The notes below the pieces were generated by a model. That model worked only from the letters and a program-made list of their open reading frames with translations. It was not told the DNA's origin and did no database searches. From Aeropyrum pernix K1 (GTDB lineage: Archaea > Thermoproteota > Thermoprotei_A > Sulfolobales > Acidilobaceae): DNA of 32,000 nucleotides. Made by a program: the position numbers and the translations under genes. Of the stretch, positions 9,271 through 18,867 are shown in pieces. The stretch lies in contig NC_000854.2 of assembly GCF_000011125.1 (NCBI RefSeq), positions 690,001 through 722,000 on the forward strand, in the 5' to 3' direction. Each line of letters begins with the position of its first letter. Position 1 is the stretch's first letter.

Positions 9271-10434
9271 CTAGTCTACGTCCGCCGCCTCTCCCGACTC
9301 GTGCTTGACCTTCGGCTTGTACCCCATCTCCACCGGCTTGAACCTGTCCTTCAGCCTCTTGAGGACCTCGGGTAGTGTTGTGTACTCCATCTCCTCCGGC
9401 CCTAGCCTGTGGGGCATGAAGGGGCCGTGCCTCCTTATGTAGTCGGCTATCATCTGCGCCTGCCTCCTCGCCTCGTCGAAGGCCGGGTCGTCGAAGAGGT
9501 CTGCTGGGCCTATGAGCTCGCCGTTCTTCACCTGGAAGCCGAGGGCTATGACCCTCGGCGGCCCGTCGAACCTCGAGACCTTCGAGTCCTTCAGGCCCAC
9601 TGGCATTAGGGGGCCGTGGTGGCTGCCCCTCATCCAGCCGGCGACGAGGTGTGGGAAGGCGAAGGGCTCCAGCACCTCGCCGACGGCGGGGAACCCGCTC
9701 TGCGCCCTGACTATCATCACCGGGTCGTCCTTGCCGACGTACCTCCCGGCTATCAGGCTGAGCCTCTCGCTGCTCACCACCGCCGCTATCTCCCTGTCGC
9801 TCTTCCTGTACACCCTCTTGACAACGTACCTGCTTGGCGTGCCTATGAGGGCGAGGAGGTCGTATATCTCCTCCGGCGCCCTCAGCTCGACCGCCTTGCC
9901 CTCGAACACGTCGAGGACCTCGAATATGAAGCCGTCGTGCAGCCTCGGGTCTATCACCAGCCCGGCGGTGTTGAAGGGGTCGGCGAATATCTTGTAGAGG
10001 GGTAGGTTGAAGGCGCCGGGCTCGGTCTTGTCGGCCATGAACACCACGATGGGCTCGCTCGGCCTCTCGACGAACTCCATCTCAGCGACGCCCGGGCCTA
10101 GGCCGCGTATGTTGCCGCTGAAAGCGTCGCTCAGCAGGTCCTGGCCGGCGGCGTAGAGACCCAGATCCTTGGCCACCTTCGTCGCCTCCCTGAAGGCAGT
10201 CCACGCCAGCTCGTGTATCTCGGGGTTGTCGACGCCCTTGAAGTGGGTCATGATGAGCTGCAGATCGTCCCCGGCGTTGGTGACGTAGAAGCTCTTGATA
10301 ACCCCTTTCCTCTTAGCCTCCGCCAGCACCCTGCTGGCGGCGAGGATTGTGTCGGGGTGGACCCTGTGGTGGCCCGCGAGGCTGCCTATATCCGCCTTTA
10401 TAACGCTCACAGTCGTAGTCCTGCCCTCAGACAA
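9271..10434 (-). CDS. fbp: fructose-1,6-bisphosphate aldolase/phosphatase (class V FBPase)
   Basis: TTVSVIKADIGSLAGHH... is the conserved N-terminus of this family. The track ORF extends to 10527, but those extra 31 residues are hydrophobic or low-complexity and would contain a TATA-like element (10461-10476). A TTG at 10434 (MSEGRTTTVSVIKADIG) is the likely start. Confidence 0.9.
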   Translation of the reverse strand: MSEGRTTTVSVIKADIGSLAGHHRVHPDTILAASRVLAEAKRKGVIKSFYVTNAGDDLQLIMTHFKGVDNPEIHELAWTAFREATKVAKDLGLYAAGQDLLSDAFSGNIRGLGPGVAEMEFVERPSEPIVVFMADKTEPGAFNLPLYKIFADPFNTAGLVIDPRLHDGFIFEVLDVFEGKAVELRAPEEIYDLLALIGTPSRYVVKRVYRKSDREIAAVVSSERLSLIAGRYVGKDDPVMIVRAQSGFPAVGEVLEPFAFPHLVAGWMRGSHHGPLMPVGLKDSKVSRFDGPPRVIALGFQVKNGELIGPADLFDDPAFDEARRQAQMIADYIRRHGPFMPHRLGPEEMEYTTLPEVLKRLKDRFKPVEMGYKPKVKHESGEAADVD

Positions 10435-10460
10435 AACACAACACCTCCACACACAGTCGA

Positions 10461-10476
10461 GTATAGTAATAGTTTG
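10461..10476 (-). promoter_or_regulatory. candidate TATA box for fbp
   Basis: The minus strand reads CAAACTATTACTATAC about 30 nt upstream of the proposed TTG start at 10434. It is an AT-rich patch in GC-rich surroundings. Confidence 0.35.
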
Positions 10477-10661
10477 GAGCGAGGCCCCATAAACGCCAAC
10501 CAGGGTGGCAAGCCCCGCAACCCGCATCCGGAGAGGGCGGGTATTACGGGGGCCGGTCTAGCCGTATTACCCTGGCGGGGCTCAACCCCCCGGTAGCCCC
10601 CCGGCTGCTGGGGTCCAGCGTTTTCAACGGCCGCCGTCTAACTGTTGAACGTGGGCTTGAG

Positions 10662-11186
10662 GTGTCTGAGTCGGCTGCCCGCCAGCGCCTCAGGAGGGGT
10701 AACGGTTCCCGTATCCACAGCCTCATCCAGGACACGGTCTCCTCGTGGCTCTCCTCCAGGGGGTTTGACGTGTACCCTGAGGAGAGGGTTGGGGAGGACC
10801 TGGTTGCAGACGTCTACGCCGAGAGCCCCTGGGCCACGGTTATCGTGGAGGTTGAGACGGGGTTTATAGACCCGAGGGCCCTGGACAGGCCTGAGACCTA
10901 CCTGCTGGCGAGGGTGGTGGCGAAGGCCTCGAGGTACTCGAGGTACGCTGACTACTTCGCCGTGGCCATACCCTCCTACCTCTCCCTTGACGTGGCGGCC
11001 CTTAGGAGGGTTCTCTCCGGCGACCCCACACCCCTCGGTGCGGGGGGTGTGTGGGAGGTCCTCGCCCTTGTGAGGCGGCCCAGGCCTGGGGGGCTTCAGG
11101 ATGCGAGGGTGGACGCCATACTCAGGGTGAATGTGACTAGGCGTAGCGTCGGCGTCACGCCCCTAAGGGCCGGTGTACTCCTCTAG
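10662..11186 (+). CDS. hypothetical protein, possible PD-(D/E)xK nuclease-like fold
   Basis: 174-aa ORF with a GTG start and host-like codon bias. The N-terminal half (GFDVYPEERVGEDLVADVYAESPWATVIVEVETG) resembles the E...D...E-x-K strand pattern of restriction-endonuclease-fold proteins, with T in place of the K. I did not recognise a family. Confidence 0.45.
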   Translation: MSESAARQRLRRGNGSRIHSLIQDTVSSWLSSRGFDVYPEERVGEDLVADVYAESPWATVIVEVETGFIDPRALDRPETYLLARVVAKASRYSRYADYFAVAIPSYLSLDVAALRRVLSGDPTPLGAGGVWEVLALVRRPRPGGLQDARVDAILRVNVTRRSVGVTPLRAGVLL

Positions 11187-11207
11187 AACCCCCCCGCGTG
11201 TAGGGGG

Positions 11208-12131
11208 CTATATCGTAGGCTGCCCCTTCTCAGTAACAACCACTATCCCGCCGCGGAGGGCGTAGAACGTGTGCTCTGCCTGGGAGACGAGCCCCCCTCC
11301 AGCCTCTATGAGCACCGGGTAGGCGTGGAGGGCTCCTAGCTTGGCGAGGAGCCTGACGGCCCTCTCCACCTCCTCATCACCGGCCATCCCCTTGAGCCAC
11401 CGGGGTGTGAAGGGGAGGGTCCTGTACTTCTCGGCTACGTGCCTGAGTATCCTCTCCTCGAGCCCGCCCAGCATGGCCCTGGGCTTCCTGCCGGTGTATG
11501 CGTATATGTTGACTGTCGACCCCTCCCTCACCATGCCCCTGCCGTTGGTGGCGAAGGGCTCTATGGCGAATGTCATGCCGGGCCTTATCCTGTGTATCCA
11601 CGCCGTCCTGTCGCCGTAGTTGGGTATGCTCAGGCCTGCGTGTATGGTGTACCTGTCTATCGTGTGGCCCGAAAGGTTCTTGACAACCTTGAACCCCCTC
11701 CTCCTCACCGCCTGCTCCACAGCCCTCCCTATATCGTAGAACCTCGCCCCGGGCTTCAGCACCTTCATGGCGGCCCTCAGCCCCTCCACGCTGGCCTCCA
11801 CTAGGCTCCGGTGGCCGCCGCCCAGGTCCACGGTGACTGCGGTGTCCGCTATGTAGCCCTCCACAGCCGCGCCCACGTCGAGCTTCACAACGCTCCCGCC
11901 CCCTATGCTGCAGTCGTCCCTCAACCCCGGGGTGTAGTGGGCTGCCACGCTGTCGAGGGATATGTTGCAGGGGAAGGCGGGCACGGCGCCGAGGCTCCGG
12001 ATCTTCTCCTCCACCAGCTCGCAAACCCTCCTGCAGCTAGCCCCCGCCTCCACCAGCCCGGCGGCGTACTCCCTGGCCTCCGCGGCTATCCTACCGGCCT
12101 CCAGAAGCTCCTTGGGCGGCTCATGCTCCAA
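11208..12131 (-). CDS. map: methionine aminopeptidase, type 2 (archaeal)
   Basis: 307 aa with the pita-bread fold signature: PAFPCNISLDSVAAHYTP, KLDVGAAVEGYIADTA, SGHTI, FAIEPFAT and AQAEHT. Confidence 0.9.
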   Translation of the reverse strand: MEHEPPKELLEAGRIAAEAREYAAGLVEAGASCRRVCELVEEKIRSLGAVPAFPCNISLDSVAAHYTPGLRDDCSIGGGSVVKLDVGAAVEGYIADTAVTVDLGGGHRSLVEASVEGLRAAMKVLKPGARFYDIGRAVEQAVRRRGFKVVKNLSGHTIDRYTIHAGLSIPNYGDRTAWIHRIRPGMTFAIEPFATNGRGMVREGSTVNIYAYTGRKPRAMLGGLEERILRHVAEKYRTLPFTPRWLKGMAGDEEVERAVRLLAKLGALHAYPVLIEAGGGLVSQAEHTFYALRGGIVVVTEKGQPTI

Positions 12132-12211
12132 CGCAAACCCCCATCCACCAGCGGAGGTTTGAGAGCCTTATTATCGCCTGGCCCAGACAATATACGATAT
12201 GGTGCTGTGGC

Positions 12212-12940
12212 ATGGCGAGGCTCACATACCTAGGCCACGCGGCCTTCCAGCTCGAGGCGGGGGGCAGGAAGATCCTGGTGGACCCCTGGCTCTCGAACCC
12301 TAAGAGCCCCGTGAAGCCCGAGGAGGTCGAGGGGGTTGACCTGATAGTCATAACCCACAGCCACTTCGACCACCTCGGCGACGTGGGCAAGATTGCCGCC
12401 AAGAACCCGGGCGCGAAGGTCCTCGCCGTCTACGAGGTCGCCGACCTGGCGGCGGAGGAGATAGCCAAGGAGACGGGCGCCAGCAAGGATGAGCTGTTCA
12501 ACGCGGGGAGGGTTATTGGGGCGAACATAGGCGGCCCCGTAGTCCTCCAGGACCTCGGCCTGAAGGTGGCGTTCACACCCGCAACCCACAGCAGCGTGGG
12601 CGTCGCCGCAGGGGCTGTGATAATAACGGGCGAGGGCAGGGTCTACCACGCCGGCGACACGGGGGTTACGATGGATATGAGGCTTGTGGGCGAGATATAC
12701 AAGCCCCACGTAGCCCTCCTCCCGATAGGCGGCCACTTCACCATGGACCCGGTGGAGGCGGCGAAGGCTGTAGAGCTCATCAGACCCCTGGTGGCGATAC
12801 CCATGCACTACGGAACCTTCCCAGTGCTCTACGGCGACCCCGAGGAGTTCAAGAAGAGGGTGGAGGAGAAGTGCCTGCCAACCCAGGTTAGGATACTGAA
12901 GCCCGGGGAGAGCTACGAGTTCGACTTCTCCAAAGCCTAG
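12212..12940 (+). CDS. UPF0173 metal-dependent hydrolase (metallo-beta-lactamase fold)
   Basis: LTYLGHAAFQLEAGGRKILVDPWLSNP...VITHSHFDHLGD carries the HxHxDH motif of the UPF0173 family. Length is 242 aa. Confidence 0.85.
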   Translation: MARLTYLGHAAFQLEAGGRKILVDPWLSNPKSPVKPEEVEGVDLIVITHSHFDHLGDVGKIAAKNPGAKVLAVYEVADLAAEEIAKETGASKDELFNAGRVIGANIGGPVVLQDLGLKVAFTPATHSSVGVAAGAVIITGEGRVYHAGDTGVTMDMRLVGEIYKPHVALLPIGGHFTMDPVEAAKAVELIRPLVAIPMHYGTFPVLYGDPEEFKKRVEEKCLPTQVRILKPGESYEFDFSKA

Positions 12941-12970
12941 CCCCCCCGCCTTTCCAGCCTTTCAACCCTG

Positions 12971-14815
12971 CTACACTGCGTAGTAGAGCTTCCTGGCCCT
13001 CTGCATCCTGTCGAGGTAGCTCCCCTCCTTGTTGAGCCTGGGCCTCCCCGTCTGCTCGTCCTTCCTCACGGTGACTCCCAGGTTTTGGAGGAGGAGGTTC
13101 ATGCCCTCCTTCACGGGCCTGGGGTCGTCTACGTGGCCCCTCACCCCGGGCTCGCCTGTGACCAGCATTATCCTGTCGCTCACGTAGTCCAGTATCATTA
13201 GGTCGTGCTCCACGACCAGGGCGGCGGCCTCCCTGGTCTCCACAATCCTCCTTATAGCCCGCGCCACCCCCACCCTCTCCTCCACGTCCAGGTAGGCGCT
13301 GGGCTCGTCCAGCAGGTAGACGTCCGCCTCCCTGGCTAGGGCGGCCGCCACGGCCACCTTCTGCAGCTCTCCCCCGCTGAGGGTTCTAACCCTCCTCTCC
13401 AGCAGCTTGTCCAGCCTCATCCTCTTAACCAGCTCCAGGTTCAGCCAGGAGCCTGGGGCTAGGATGGCGGGGTTTGCGGCTTTGAGGACCTGCTCTACCG
13501 TGGCGTCGGGGAGGCTCTCGGGGCTTATGTACTGGGGCTTGTAGCTGACCCTGAGGTCCTCGACGTACGGGTAGACAGCGCCCTCCACCGGCTTGAGGGC
13601 TCCTGCGAGGGTTCTCACGAAAGTGGTCTTCCCTATCCCGTTCGGCCCGGCGACCCCTATGACCTCGCCGCCGTAGAGGGCCCCCTCGCCGGAGGTTAGG
13701 GTGAACCCGTCGAGGGCTACCCTGAGGCCGGTCCACCCCACTATCCTCCTCCTGGAAGCCTGCCTCCCCCCTCCCGGGGCTGCGGGTTGGGCCTCTGGGG
13801 CCGGCTTCCTGAAGAGTATCGGCTCCTTTCTTAGCCTGATGTTCTCCGCGGGTAGGTAGCCCTGGAGGAAGACGTTGATCCCCTCCCTCGTGGAGTAGGG
13901 CTTCGACACTATGCCGTAGGCCCCGGGCTCGCCGTAGAGTATGTGGACTAGGTCGCTGACGTAGTCTAGGACGGCTAGGTCGTGCTCGACCACCATGACG
14001 TAGGCTCCCGGCCTCGCGGCCCCCGCTATGAGCCTGGCCATCCTCATCCTCTCTCTTATATCGAGGTAGCTGCTGGGCTCGTCGAAGATGTAGACGTTTG
14101 CGTCCCTGCTCAGGACGGCCACTATGAGCATCTTCTGGAGCTCCCCGCCGCTCAGCTGCCTGACGTCCCTGTCGAAAACCTTGTCAAGCCCCACCTGCTC
14201 CGCCAGCTCCAGGGCGACCCCCCTCTCGTCGGCCCTCTTCAGCAGGTCCCTAACCCTACCCTTCAGCCTCCTCGGGACGAGCTCTACGTACTGGATCTTG
14301 TGGGCTACCCGTAGCTTCCCGTCGACCAGCTTCCTGAAGTAGGTCTGCAGCTCGCTGCCGCGGAACCTCTTCAGTATCTCGTCCCACTCCGGCTCACCAC
14401 CCTCGACCCTTCCGAGGTTTGGCTTGAGCTCCCCCGCCAGTATCCTCAGGGCAGTCGTCTTCCCCGTGCCGTTCCTCCCCAGGAGCCCGACTACCTGGCC
14501 CTCCCTGGGTATGGGGAGGCGGAAGAGCTTGAACCCGTTCACCCCGTACCTGTGGACGGCCTCCTCCTCCAGCTCCATGGGGAGGTTGACAATGTATATC
14601 GCGTCGAAGGGGCAGGCCTTGACGCAGAGGGCGCAGCCTATGCAGGCGTCCTCGTAGATAACAGGCTTCCCCCTGCTCGCCATATCAGCGTCTATAGCCA
14701 CGCCCCTGCCGCTCTTGTTGACGGGGCACACTGCTATACACTCGTAGCTACACTTCTTGGGCTTGCACGAGTCGTAGTCTATCACCGCGAGCCTCAGCCT
14801 CAGCCCTCCCTGCAA
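12971..14815 (-). CDS. abce1: ABCE1 / RNase L inhibitor homologue (ribosome recycling ATPase)
   Basis: N-terminal double 4Fe-4S cluster region (CKPKKCSYECIAVCP, CIGCALCVKACP). Two ABC cassettes with Walker A motifs GRNGTGKTT and GPNGIGKTT, and two LSGGELQ signatures. TTG start. Confidence 0.95.
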   Translation of the reverse strand: MQGGLRLRLAVIDYDSCKPKKCSYECIAVCPVNKSGRGVAIDADMASRGKPVIYEDACIGCALCVKACPFDAIYIVNLPMELEEEAVHRYGVNGFKLFRLPIPREGQVVGLLGRNGTGKTTALRILAGELKPNLGRVEGGEPEWDEILKRFRGSELQTYFRKLVDGKLRVAHKIQYVELVPRRLKGRVRDLLKRADERGVALELAEQVGLDKVFDRDVRQLSGGELQKMLIVAVLSRDANVYIFDEPSSYLDIRERMRMARLIAGAARPGAYVMVVEHDLAVLDYVSDLVHILYGEPGAYGIVSKPYSTREGINVFLQGYLPAENIRLRKEPILFRKPAPEAQPAAPGGGRQASRRRIVGWTGLRVALDGFTLTSGEGALYGGEVIGVAGPNGIGKTTFVRTLAGALKPVEGAVYPYVEDLRVSYKPQYISPESLPDATVEQVLKAANPAILAPGSWLNLELVKRMRLDKLLERRVRTLSGGELQKVAVAAALAREADVYLLDEPSAYLDVEERVGVARAIRRIVETREAAALVVEHDLMILDYVSDRIMLVTGEPGVRGHVDDPRPVKEGMNLLLQNLGVTVRKDEQTGRPRLNKEGSYLDRMQRARKLYYAV

Positions 14816-14958
14816 CCAGCACTACACCCCAAGGTGTGTTCTTATGCGGAGGGCACACTAATACATGGGACTGGGGGGCAGCCGAGGGCGCATTTGGGTA
14901 TAATAAGGCTGCGGCCCCTCCGATATATACTCTGGATGGGCGGCGCCCTCTGTAGGAT

Positions 14959-16125
14959 ATGGTTATAGGCGTCTGTGCTGCAGGAGTCTATGGGGGTTCA
15001 CCTGAGGTGGTTTTGGAGCAGGCGTCCCTACCCGAGTGGATATCGGCCATAAGCCAGCTGCTGCTCGTCCTCATATTCATCGCCCTCTTCACGGGGGCTA
15101 ACCAGAGGATTCAGGTCTACCTCTGGAGCCGGGACATAAGGTCTAAGCTGGTTATACTGGAGTCTTTCGCCAACGACGCTAGGAGGAGGGCTGTGGAGTA
15201 TATGGTGTCGAAGGGGGCTAAGGATGCTGAGTCGCTCGTGTCGAGGCTGGCGGACTTCTTCGTCATATCCCCGGTCGACATAGAGCCTGTCGACATTATA
15301 AGGAGGCTGGAGCACCTGGTGAACCTCAGGTCGAGGAGGTTCAAGGAGGAGGTTGCAAGGCACATGCCGGAGGCCGACGAGGTTTCGAGGAGCAAGGCCG
15401 AGGTAGCCCTGGAGATCGCCAGCGCCCTCTCCTTCATACATAAGTATGTGAGGCACATCCTCCTCACTGGCGAGAAGACGAGGAACTGGATACTGATCAT
15501 GCAGCTCCAGCTTATAATGCCTATGATACTGAAGATAGCCGACACGTATAGGAGGGCTCTGAACGACTTCCTGAAGGGCGTGCCCATAGGCGACTCCGCG
15601 GGGCCTATGGTGGCCCTCAGGCTCGCCGGCAGGGGCGCCAGGTGGGAGAGGATTGAGGAGGAGACGGTCTACACCGTCGCCGACGTCGAGGGGAGGAGGG
15701 TCTACATAGTGAAGGCCGAGGGGCCCGGGAGCAGCGTTGGCAGGCCCGGCTCCGCGACGGAGAGGCTGATAGAGAAGCTGGTGGCCCAGGGCAGGAAGCC
15801 GAGGCTTCTTGTGACGGTGGACGCGGCCCTCAAGCTCGAGGGGGAGGAGACGGGGAGCGTGGCCGACGGTGTCGGGGCTGCGATAGGCGACATAGGCCCT
15901 GAGAAGATAAGGTTCGAGAGGATAGCCGTCAAGTACGGCATAGCCCTGAGGGCTGTGGCGATAAAGATGGGGCTGGAGGAGGCTATACTGGGTATGACGG
16001 AGAAGATAGTGAAGGGCGTGGAGAAGGCTGTCGAGAGGGTGAAGGACATTATAAGGGGCGAGTCGAAGCCCGGCGACATAGTGGTCGTCGTTGGAGTGGG
16101 CAACACCGTGGGGGTGGGCCAGTAG
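14959..16125 (+). CDS. conserved archaeal membrane-anchored protein of unknown function (DUF1512-like)
   Basis: 388 aa with an N-terminal TM helix (ISQLLLVLIFIALFTG), then a long soluble region. Size and architecture fit DUF1512; I assigned the family from memory, so treat it as tentative. Confidence 0.55.
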   Translation: MVIGVCAAGVYGGSPEVVLEQASLPEWISAISQLLLVLIFIALFTGANQRIQVYLWSRDIRSKLVILESFANDARRRAVEYMVSKGAKDAESLVSRLADFFVISPVDIEPVDIIRRLEHLVNLRSRRFKEEVARHMPEADEVSRSKAEVALEIASALSFIHKYVRHILLTGEKTRNWILIMQLQLIMPMILKIADTYRRALNDFLKGVPIGDSAGPMVALRLAGRGARWERIEEETVYTVADVEGRRVYIVKAEGPGSSVGRPGSATERLIEKLVAQGRKPRLLVTVDAALKLEGEETGSVADGVGAAIGDIGPEKIRFERIAVKYGIALRAVAIKMGLEEAILGMTEKIVKGVEKAVERVKDIIRGESKPGDIVVVVGVGNTVGVGQ

Positions 16126-16454
16126 TGCCCCTGCCCTTCATAGACGACTCCCCCCTGGCCTGGCTCCAGCCCCTCATACTGGCTGGAGTGCTCCTCCTCA
16201 CCATAATCCTCATGCTTAGGCAGGCGGGGGAGATGAAGAGGCTCGAGGAGGCGGCGTCGAGGAGGAGGGAGTTCATAACGATACTCGACTGCGGGGGGAG
16301 AGAGGTTAGACGGCCCTTCAGGGAGGGCGAGTACGTGGGGGCGGAGGCGGAGGGCTGCGACGGCGGGGCTGGCGTGGTCAAGGCGATTGTAGTCAAGCCT
16401 GAGGAGGAGAAGAGGGAGAGGGCTAAGGGTATAAGGGGGTTACTCAGACTATAA
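16125..16454 (+). CDS. small hypothetical membrane protein
   Basis: 109-aa ORF whose GTG start overlaps the upstream TAG stop by 1 nt (TAGTG). It has one TM helix ([19 protein letters not shown]), then a charged tail. The only evidence is coding potential and translational coupling. Confidence 0.4.
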   Translation: MPLPFIDDSPLAWLQPLILAGVLLLTIILMLRQAGEMKRLEEAASRRREFITILDCGGREVRRPFREGEYVGAEAEGCDGGAGVVKAIVVKPEEEKRERAKGIRGLLRL

Positions 16455-16473
16455 CCCCCCGGGATGCCGGGTC

Positions 16474-18192
16474 ATGGCTAAGTATGTAGTAACCTCCGCG
16501 TGGCCCTACGTAAACCACGTCCCCCACCTGGGCACGCTCATAGGCAGCGTGCTCAGCGCGGACATCTACGCCCGCTACCTGAGGCTCCGGGGGAGGCAGG
16601 TAGTATTCGTGAGCGGGAGCGACGAGCACGGGACGCCGATAGAGCTTGAGGCGAGGAAGAAGGGCGTCCACCCCAAGGAGCTGACAGACCAGGTGCACGA
16701 GTACGACGTCAAGATGTGGAGGGAGTACAGGATATCCTTCGACAACTACAGCCGGACCGAGAGCCCGGTGCACAAGGAGTTCGTCATGGAGTTTATGAAG
16801 AAGCTCGAGGAGAACGGCTACATATTCAGCCAGGAGGAGGTCCTCCCGTACTGCGAGAGGGACAAGATATTCCTGCCCGACAGGTTCGTCGAGGGCACCT
16901 GCCCCTACTGCGGCTACGAAAAGGCCCGGGGCGACCAGTGCGACGAGTGCGGGAGGCTCCTCCACCCCACGGAGCTGAAGAACCCGCGCTGCGCCCTATG
17001 CGGCTCCAAGCCCGTCTACAAGTCCACCAGACACTGGTTCATAGACCTTAGGAGGGTGCAGGACAGGCTCCTCAAGTGGCTTGAGAGCCACGGGGAGCTA
17101 CAGGACAGCGTGAAGAAGTACAGCATAAACTGGGTGGCCCAGGGTCTCAAGCCAAGGAGCGTCACCCGCGACCTATCCTGGGGCGTGCCAGCCCCGTTCA
17201 AGGGGGCTGAGGGGAAGACTATCTACGTGTGGTTCGACGCCCTCCTGGGCTACGTGAGCGCGACTAAGGAGCTGTTCATCATGAGGAGGGGGGATCCTGA
17301 GGAGTGGAAGAGCTGGTGGTGGGACAGCGGGACGAGGACGGTGTACTTCATAGGCAAGGATAACATACCGTTCCACGCCATAATACTCCCCGCCCTCTTC
17401 CTAGCGAGCCACGACCCCTACGTCCTCCCCTGGAGGATAAGCGCGACGGAGTACCTGATGTACGAGGGCCAGCAGTTCAGCAAGAGCAGGAGGATAGGGG
17501 TGTGGATAGACGAGGCCCTGGAGATAGCACCCGCCGACTACTGGAGGTGGGCTCTGGCGAGGATGAGGCCTGAGGCTAGGGACACGAACTTCACGTGGAA
17601 GGAGTTCTACAGGATCGTTAACACCGAGCTGAACGACGATATAGGCAACTTCGTCAACAGGGTGCTAAGCCTAGTCAGGAGCAGGATGAGCGGCGTCGCC
17701 CCCGAGCCCGAGGACCTCGGCGAGCACCAGGGGTTCGTGGAGAGGGTCAGGAGGGCTGCCTGGGCGGTTGCGGAGGACCTGGAGGCCATAAGGATAAAGA
17801 GGGCGACGGAGGGTATACTGGAGATCGCCAGGGAGGGCAACGCCTACCTAAACAGGACCCAGCCCTGGAAGCTCCTCTCCCAGGACAGGGAGGAGGGTGT
17901 AAGGGCCCTCTCAGCCGCCCTCTACGCCGTGAAGACCCTCGCCCACCTCCTAGCCCCCTTCACCCCGGACGCCGCCGACAGGCTGTGGAGCATGCTGGGC
18001 CTCGCCGGGAGCGTCCACGAGGCGGTGTGGGACGAGTGGCTAGACCGGCCCCTCCCCGGGGGCGCGAGGATAGTCAGGGTGGAGCCCCTCTTCCAGAAGC
18101 TCCCCGACGACTTCCTGGAGAGGGTGGACGAGATAGTCGAGGATGCTAGGAGGAGGGCGAGGGAGAAGAGGCCCCCTCTCCTCAGGGACTAG
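16474..18192 (+). CDS. metG: methionyl-tRNA synthetase
   Basis: HIGH-type motif ([11 protein letters not shown]), zinc knuckles CPYCG...CDECG and CALCG, and a KMSKS-type motif (QFSKSRR). Length is 572 aa. Confidence 0.95.
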   Translation: MAKYVVTSAWPYVNHVPHLGTLIGSVLSADIYARYLRLRGRQVVFVSGSDEHGTPIELEARKKGVHPKELTDQVHEYDVKMWREYRISFDNYSRTESPVHKEFVMEFMKKLEENGYIFSQEEVLPYCERDKIFLPDRFVEGTCPYCGYEKARGDQCDECGRLLHPTELKNPRCALCGSKPVYKSTRHWFIDLRRVQDRLLKWLESHGELQDSVKKYSINWVAQGLKPRSVTRDLSWGVPAPFKGAEGKTIYVWFDALLGYVSATKELFIMRRGDPEEWKSWWWDSGTRTVYFIGKDNIPFHAIILPALFLASHDPYVLPWRISATEYLMYEGQQFSKSRRIGVWIDEALEIAPADYWRWALARMRPEARDTNFTWKEFYRIVNTELNDDIGNFVNRVLSLVRSRMSGVAPEPEDLGEHQGFVERVRRAAWAVAEDLEAIRIKRATEGILEIAREGNAYLNRTQPWKLLSQDREEGVRALSAALYAVKTLAHLLAPFTPDAADRLWSMLGLAGSVHEAVWDEWLDRPLPGGARIVRVEPLFQKLPDDFLERVDEIVEDARRRAREKRPPLLRD

Positions 18193-18210
18193 CCACGCAC
18201 CTACTAACTC

Positions 18211-18218
18211 TTTAATAG
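18211..18218 (+). promoter_or_regulatory. candidate TATA box for the rps24e-rps27ae transcript
   Basis: TTTAATAG about 40 nt upstream of the ATG at 18256, with a G-rich SD-like stretch (GGGGGTTGGTG) in between. Confidence 0.35.
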
Positions 18219-18255
18219 CCCTATAGCCCATTGACCCAGTGGGGGTTGGTGTGTG

Positions 18256-18612
18256 ATGAGCGTTCCACAGGCGAGGGAGGCGAGGAGGATAGACCTTGGA
18301 GAGATGGGCTGGGGGGAAGTGCAGGTCGACTTCTACAACCCGCTGGTTAAGCGGAGAGAGATCGTCATGATACTCCACCACGAGCTGAAGCCAACGCCGA
18401 TGAGGATAATGCTGAGGCAGAAGCTGGCCGAGGTCCTCGGCGTCGACATAAAGAGGATATACATAAGGTATATTAAAACGGGCTACGGAGCAGGGCTTAG
18501 CAAGGTGAGGGTCCACGTCTACGACTCCCCCGAGAGGGCCCTCTCCTTCGAGCCGAAGTACATAATAGAGAGGAACGGCGGTGTAAACCCCTTCGAGGAG
18601 GCAGAGGGGTGA
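18256..18612 (+). CDS. rps24e: 30S ribosomal protein S24e
   Basis: [37 protein letters not shown]...[21 protein letters not shown] is typical S24e. The track start is a GTG at 18253; the adjacent ATG (18256) is more likely. Confidence 0.9.
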
Positions 18613-18618
18613 CGGCAG

Positions 18619-18810
18619 GTGGCCGAGAAGAAGGAGCTAAAGACCTACGTACACAAGCTCTACGAGGTCGACTACGAGAAGGGGGTCATAAAGCTGAAGA
18701 ACAGGCGTTGCCCCCGCTGCGGCAGCATAATGGCCCACCACATGAAGCCGGTGGAGCGGTGGCACTGCGGCAAGTGCGGCTACACCGAGTTCGTCACCAA
18801 GAAGAAGTAG
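18619..18810 (+). CDS. rps27ae: 30S ribosomal protein S27ae
   Basis: 63 aa with the C4 zinc ribbon CPRCG...CGKCG. Conserved pairing with rps24e. Confidence 0.9.
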   Translation: MAEKKELKTYVHKLYEVDYEKGVIKLKNRRCPRCGSIMAHHMKPVERWHCGKCGYTEFVTKKK

Positions 18811-18867
18811 CAGGCAAGCCCCCGCCCCCGGGCGGGGGGCCTCTACTCCAGGGTCTGGGGTCTTCTT

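Noticed and set aside
10435-10527. 31-codon N-terminal extension of fbp in the ORF track.
   Set aside because: The family N-terminus is ...TTVSVIKADIG. The extension would contain the candidate TATA element, and its sequence (MRVAGLATLVGVYGASLQTITILDCVWRCCV) is not conserved-looking.
11377-12024. 215-aa off-frame ORF within map, and 12230-12808 antisense to the UPF0173 gene.
   Set aside because: Arg/Gly/His-rich artefact translations; the annotated frames carry the family motifs.
16444-16965. 173-aa ORF antisense to the 5' part of metG.
   Set aside because: It is the antisense read of a highly conserved gene and shows no independent signals.
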